DNA of 59,820 bases from Flavobacterium sp. Lineage in GTDB: Bacteria > Bacteroidota > Bacteroidia > Flavobacteriales > Flavobacteriaceae. The translations under genes and the position numbers were made by a program. The stretch spans positions 1 to 59,820 of the forward strand of contig JAHEHC010000001.1 in NCBI GenBank assembly GCA_024644805.1, written 5' to 3'. The notes under the pieces were generated by a model. It made no database searches, was not told where the DNA came from, and saw only the letters and a program-made list of their open reading frames with translations. Of the stretch, positions 59,144 to 59,820 are shown in pieces (positions within the stretch are counted from its first letter, which is position 1; the number at the start of each line of letters is the position of its first letter).

Positions 59144-59665
59144 CTACTTATCGATCTCACGATTGTTTGAAGGATATGCTATTGGAGGTTTTATTTCGAT
59201 CCCGGTCAATTTCCAATAGTGTTTAACCCCATTGAGTAGAAATCCAATAACAGCCTCCTGTTCCTTCAGTTGAAATGGAATTTTTTGAGGCGGCGTGTTC
59301 TTACTTTCTTTAACCGGATCGCTATCCATGATGATATCGGTTTTGATCTCATTTTTAAAATAACCTATATACTGATCTTTAATGGAAGGAGATATTTGAG
59401 TTTTCACCATCTTTCCTCTGAAATAAAACTCCTGTACAACAATAGTTTCGGTGATCTCACCAAGTGTAATAAAAAGATTGGTCCCGGAACCACCTTCTTG
59501 TACTCCTGCAACCCAGTCCTGGCTATAGGATTCCATTATTTTAAATGGGGGCGCTTCGATCAATTGATATTGACTGGTCTTTGATTTGGATCCCTCACAA
59601 TTGGAGTTCCCAATTGAGACCATTATCAATAAGAACAACGAAAAAAAGTTCCTCAAAATGTTCAT
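59144..59665 (-). CDS. hypothetical exported protein, probable lipoprotein
   Basis: Hydrophobic N-terminus then NSNC; QDWVAGVQEGGSG; start 59665 or 59704. Confidence 0.6.
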   Translation of the reverse strand: MNILRNFFSLFLLIMVSIGNSNCEGSKSKTSQYQLIEAPPFKIMESYSQDWVAGVQEGGSGTNLFITLGEITETIVVQEFYFRGKMVKTQISPSIKDQYIGYFKNEIKTDIIMDSDPVKESKNTPPQKIPFQLKEQEAVIGFLLNGVKHYWKLTGIEIKPPIAYPSNNREIDK

Positions 59666-59788
59666 GGGTAATGATTTGTTTTTGTATTTCAAAAGCCCGG
59701 CCATAAATGTACAAAACTGAGGTCTTATTTTTCTTCAAATAATTACTATTTTATGACATTTAGCAGTTTTTTGAGGCTATTTCTATAG

Positions 59789-59796
59789 TACCTTTG
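59789..59796 (+). promoter_or_regulatory. Bacteroidota -7 promoter element TACCTTTG for a gene starting at about 59815
   Basis: Exact TAnnTTTG, ATG at 59815 running off the window. Confidence 0.5.
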
Positions 59797-59820
59797 TACC
59801 GAAAAAACCTAGCTATGTAT

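Noticed and set aside
1-59820. CRISPR array, tRNA or rRNA genes
   Set aside because: Intergenic spaces are short; no regularly spaced repeats or cloverleaf signatures seen

Overview
Chromosomal window from a Flavobacteriaceae-type (Bacteroidota) bacterium, judged from gldH, a T9SS C-terminal sorting domain and TAnnTTTG promoter elements. About 1-27 kb and 52.8-59.8 kb are largely housekeeping (ppk2 x2, scoAB, PBP1A, gldH, ricT, recA, ECF sigma, trpS, dprA, envC, dut). About 31.2-50.0 kb is a ~19 kb reduced-sulfur island. It encodes a Crp/Fnr regulator, TauE, two YeeE/YedE proteins, a fused 4x[4Fe-4S]-NrfD protein with a Tat-less DMSO-reductase-family molybdoenzyme, SulP, a CstB-like persulfide dioxygenase-rhodanese, three stand-alone rhodaneses, TsdA, two exported DsrE-like proteins, a TPMT-like methyltransferase, a fatty-acid-hydroxylase-family protein, DUF2892, SQR, TusE and DsrE2. 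Five copies of a GTAAC-W4-GTTAC palindrome each sit 22-23 bp upstream of a -7 promoter element, defining a probable regulon of the local Crp/Fnr protein. Downstream is an OprC-like copper TonB receptor preceded by a Cys-rich ORF ending in FHPP. Several small ORFs missing from the ORF track were found. No tRNA, rRNA, CRISPR or transposase was seen. All functional calls come from motif recognition by eye; no database search was run.
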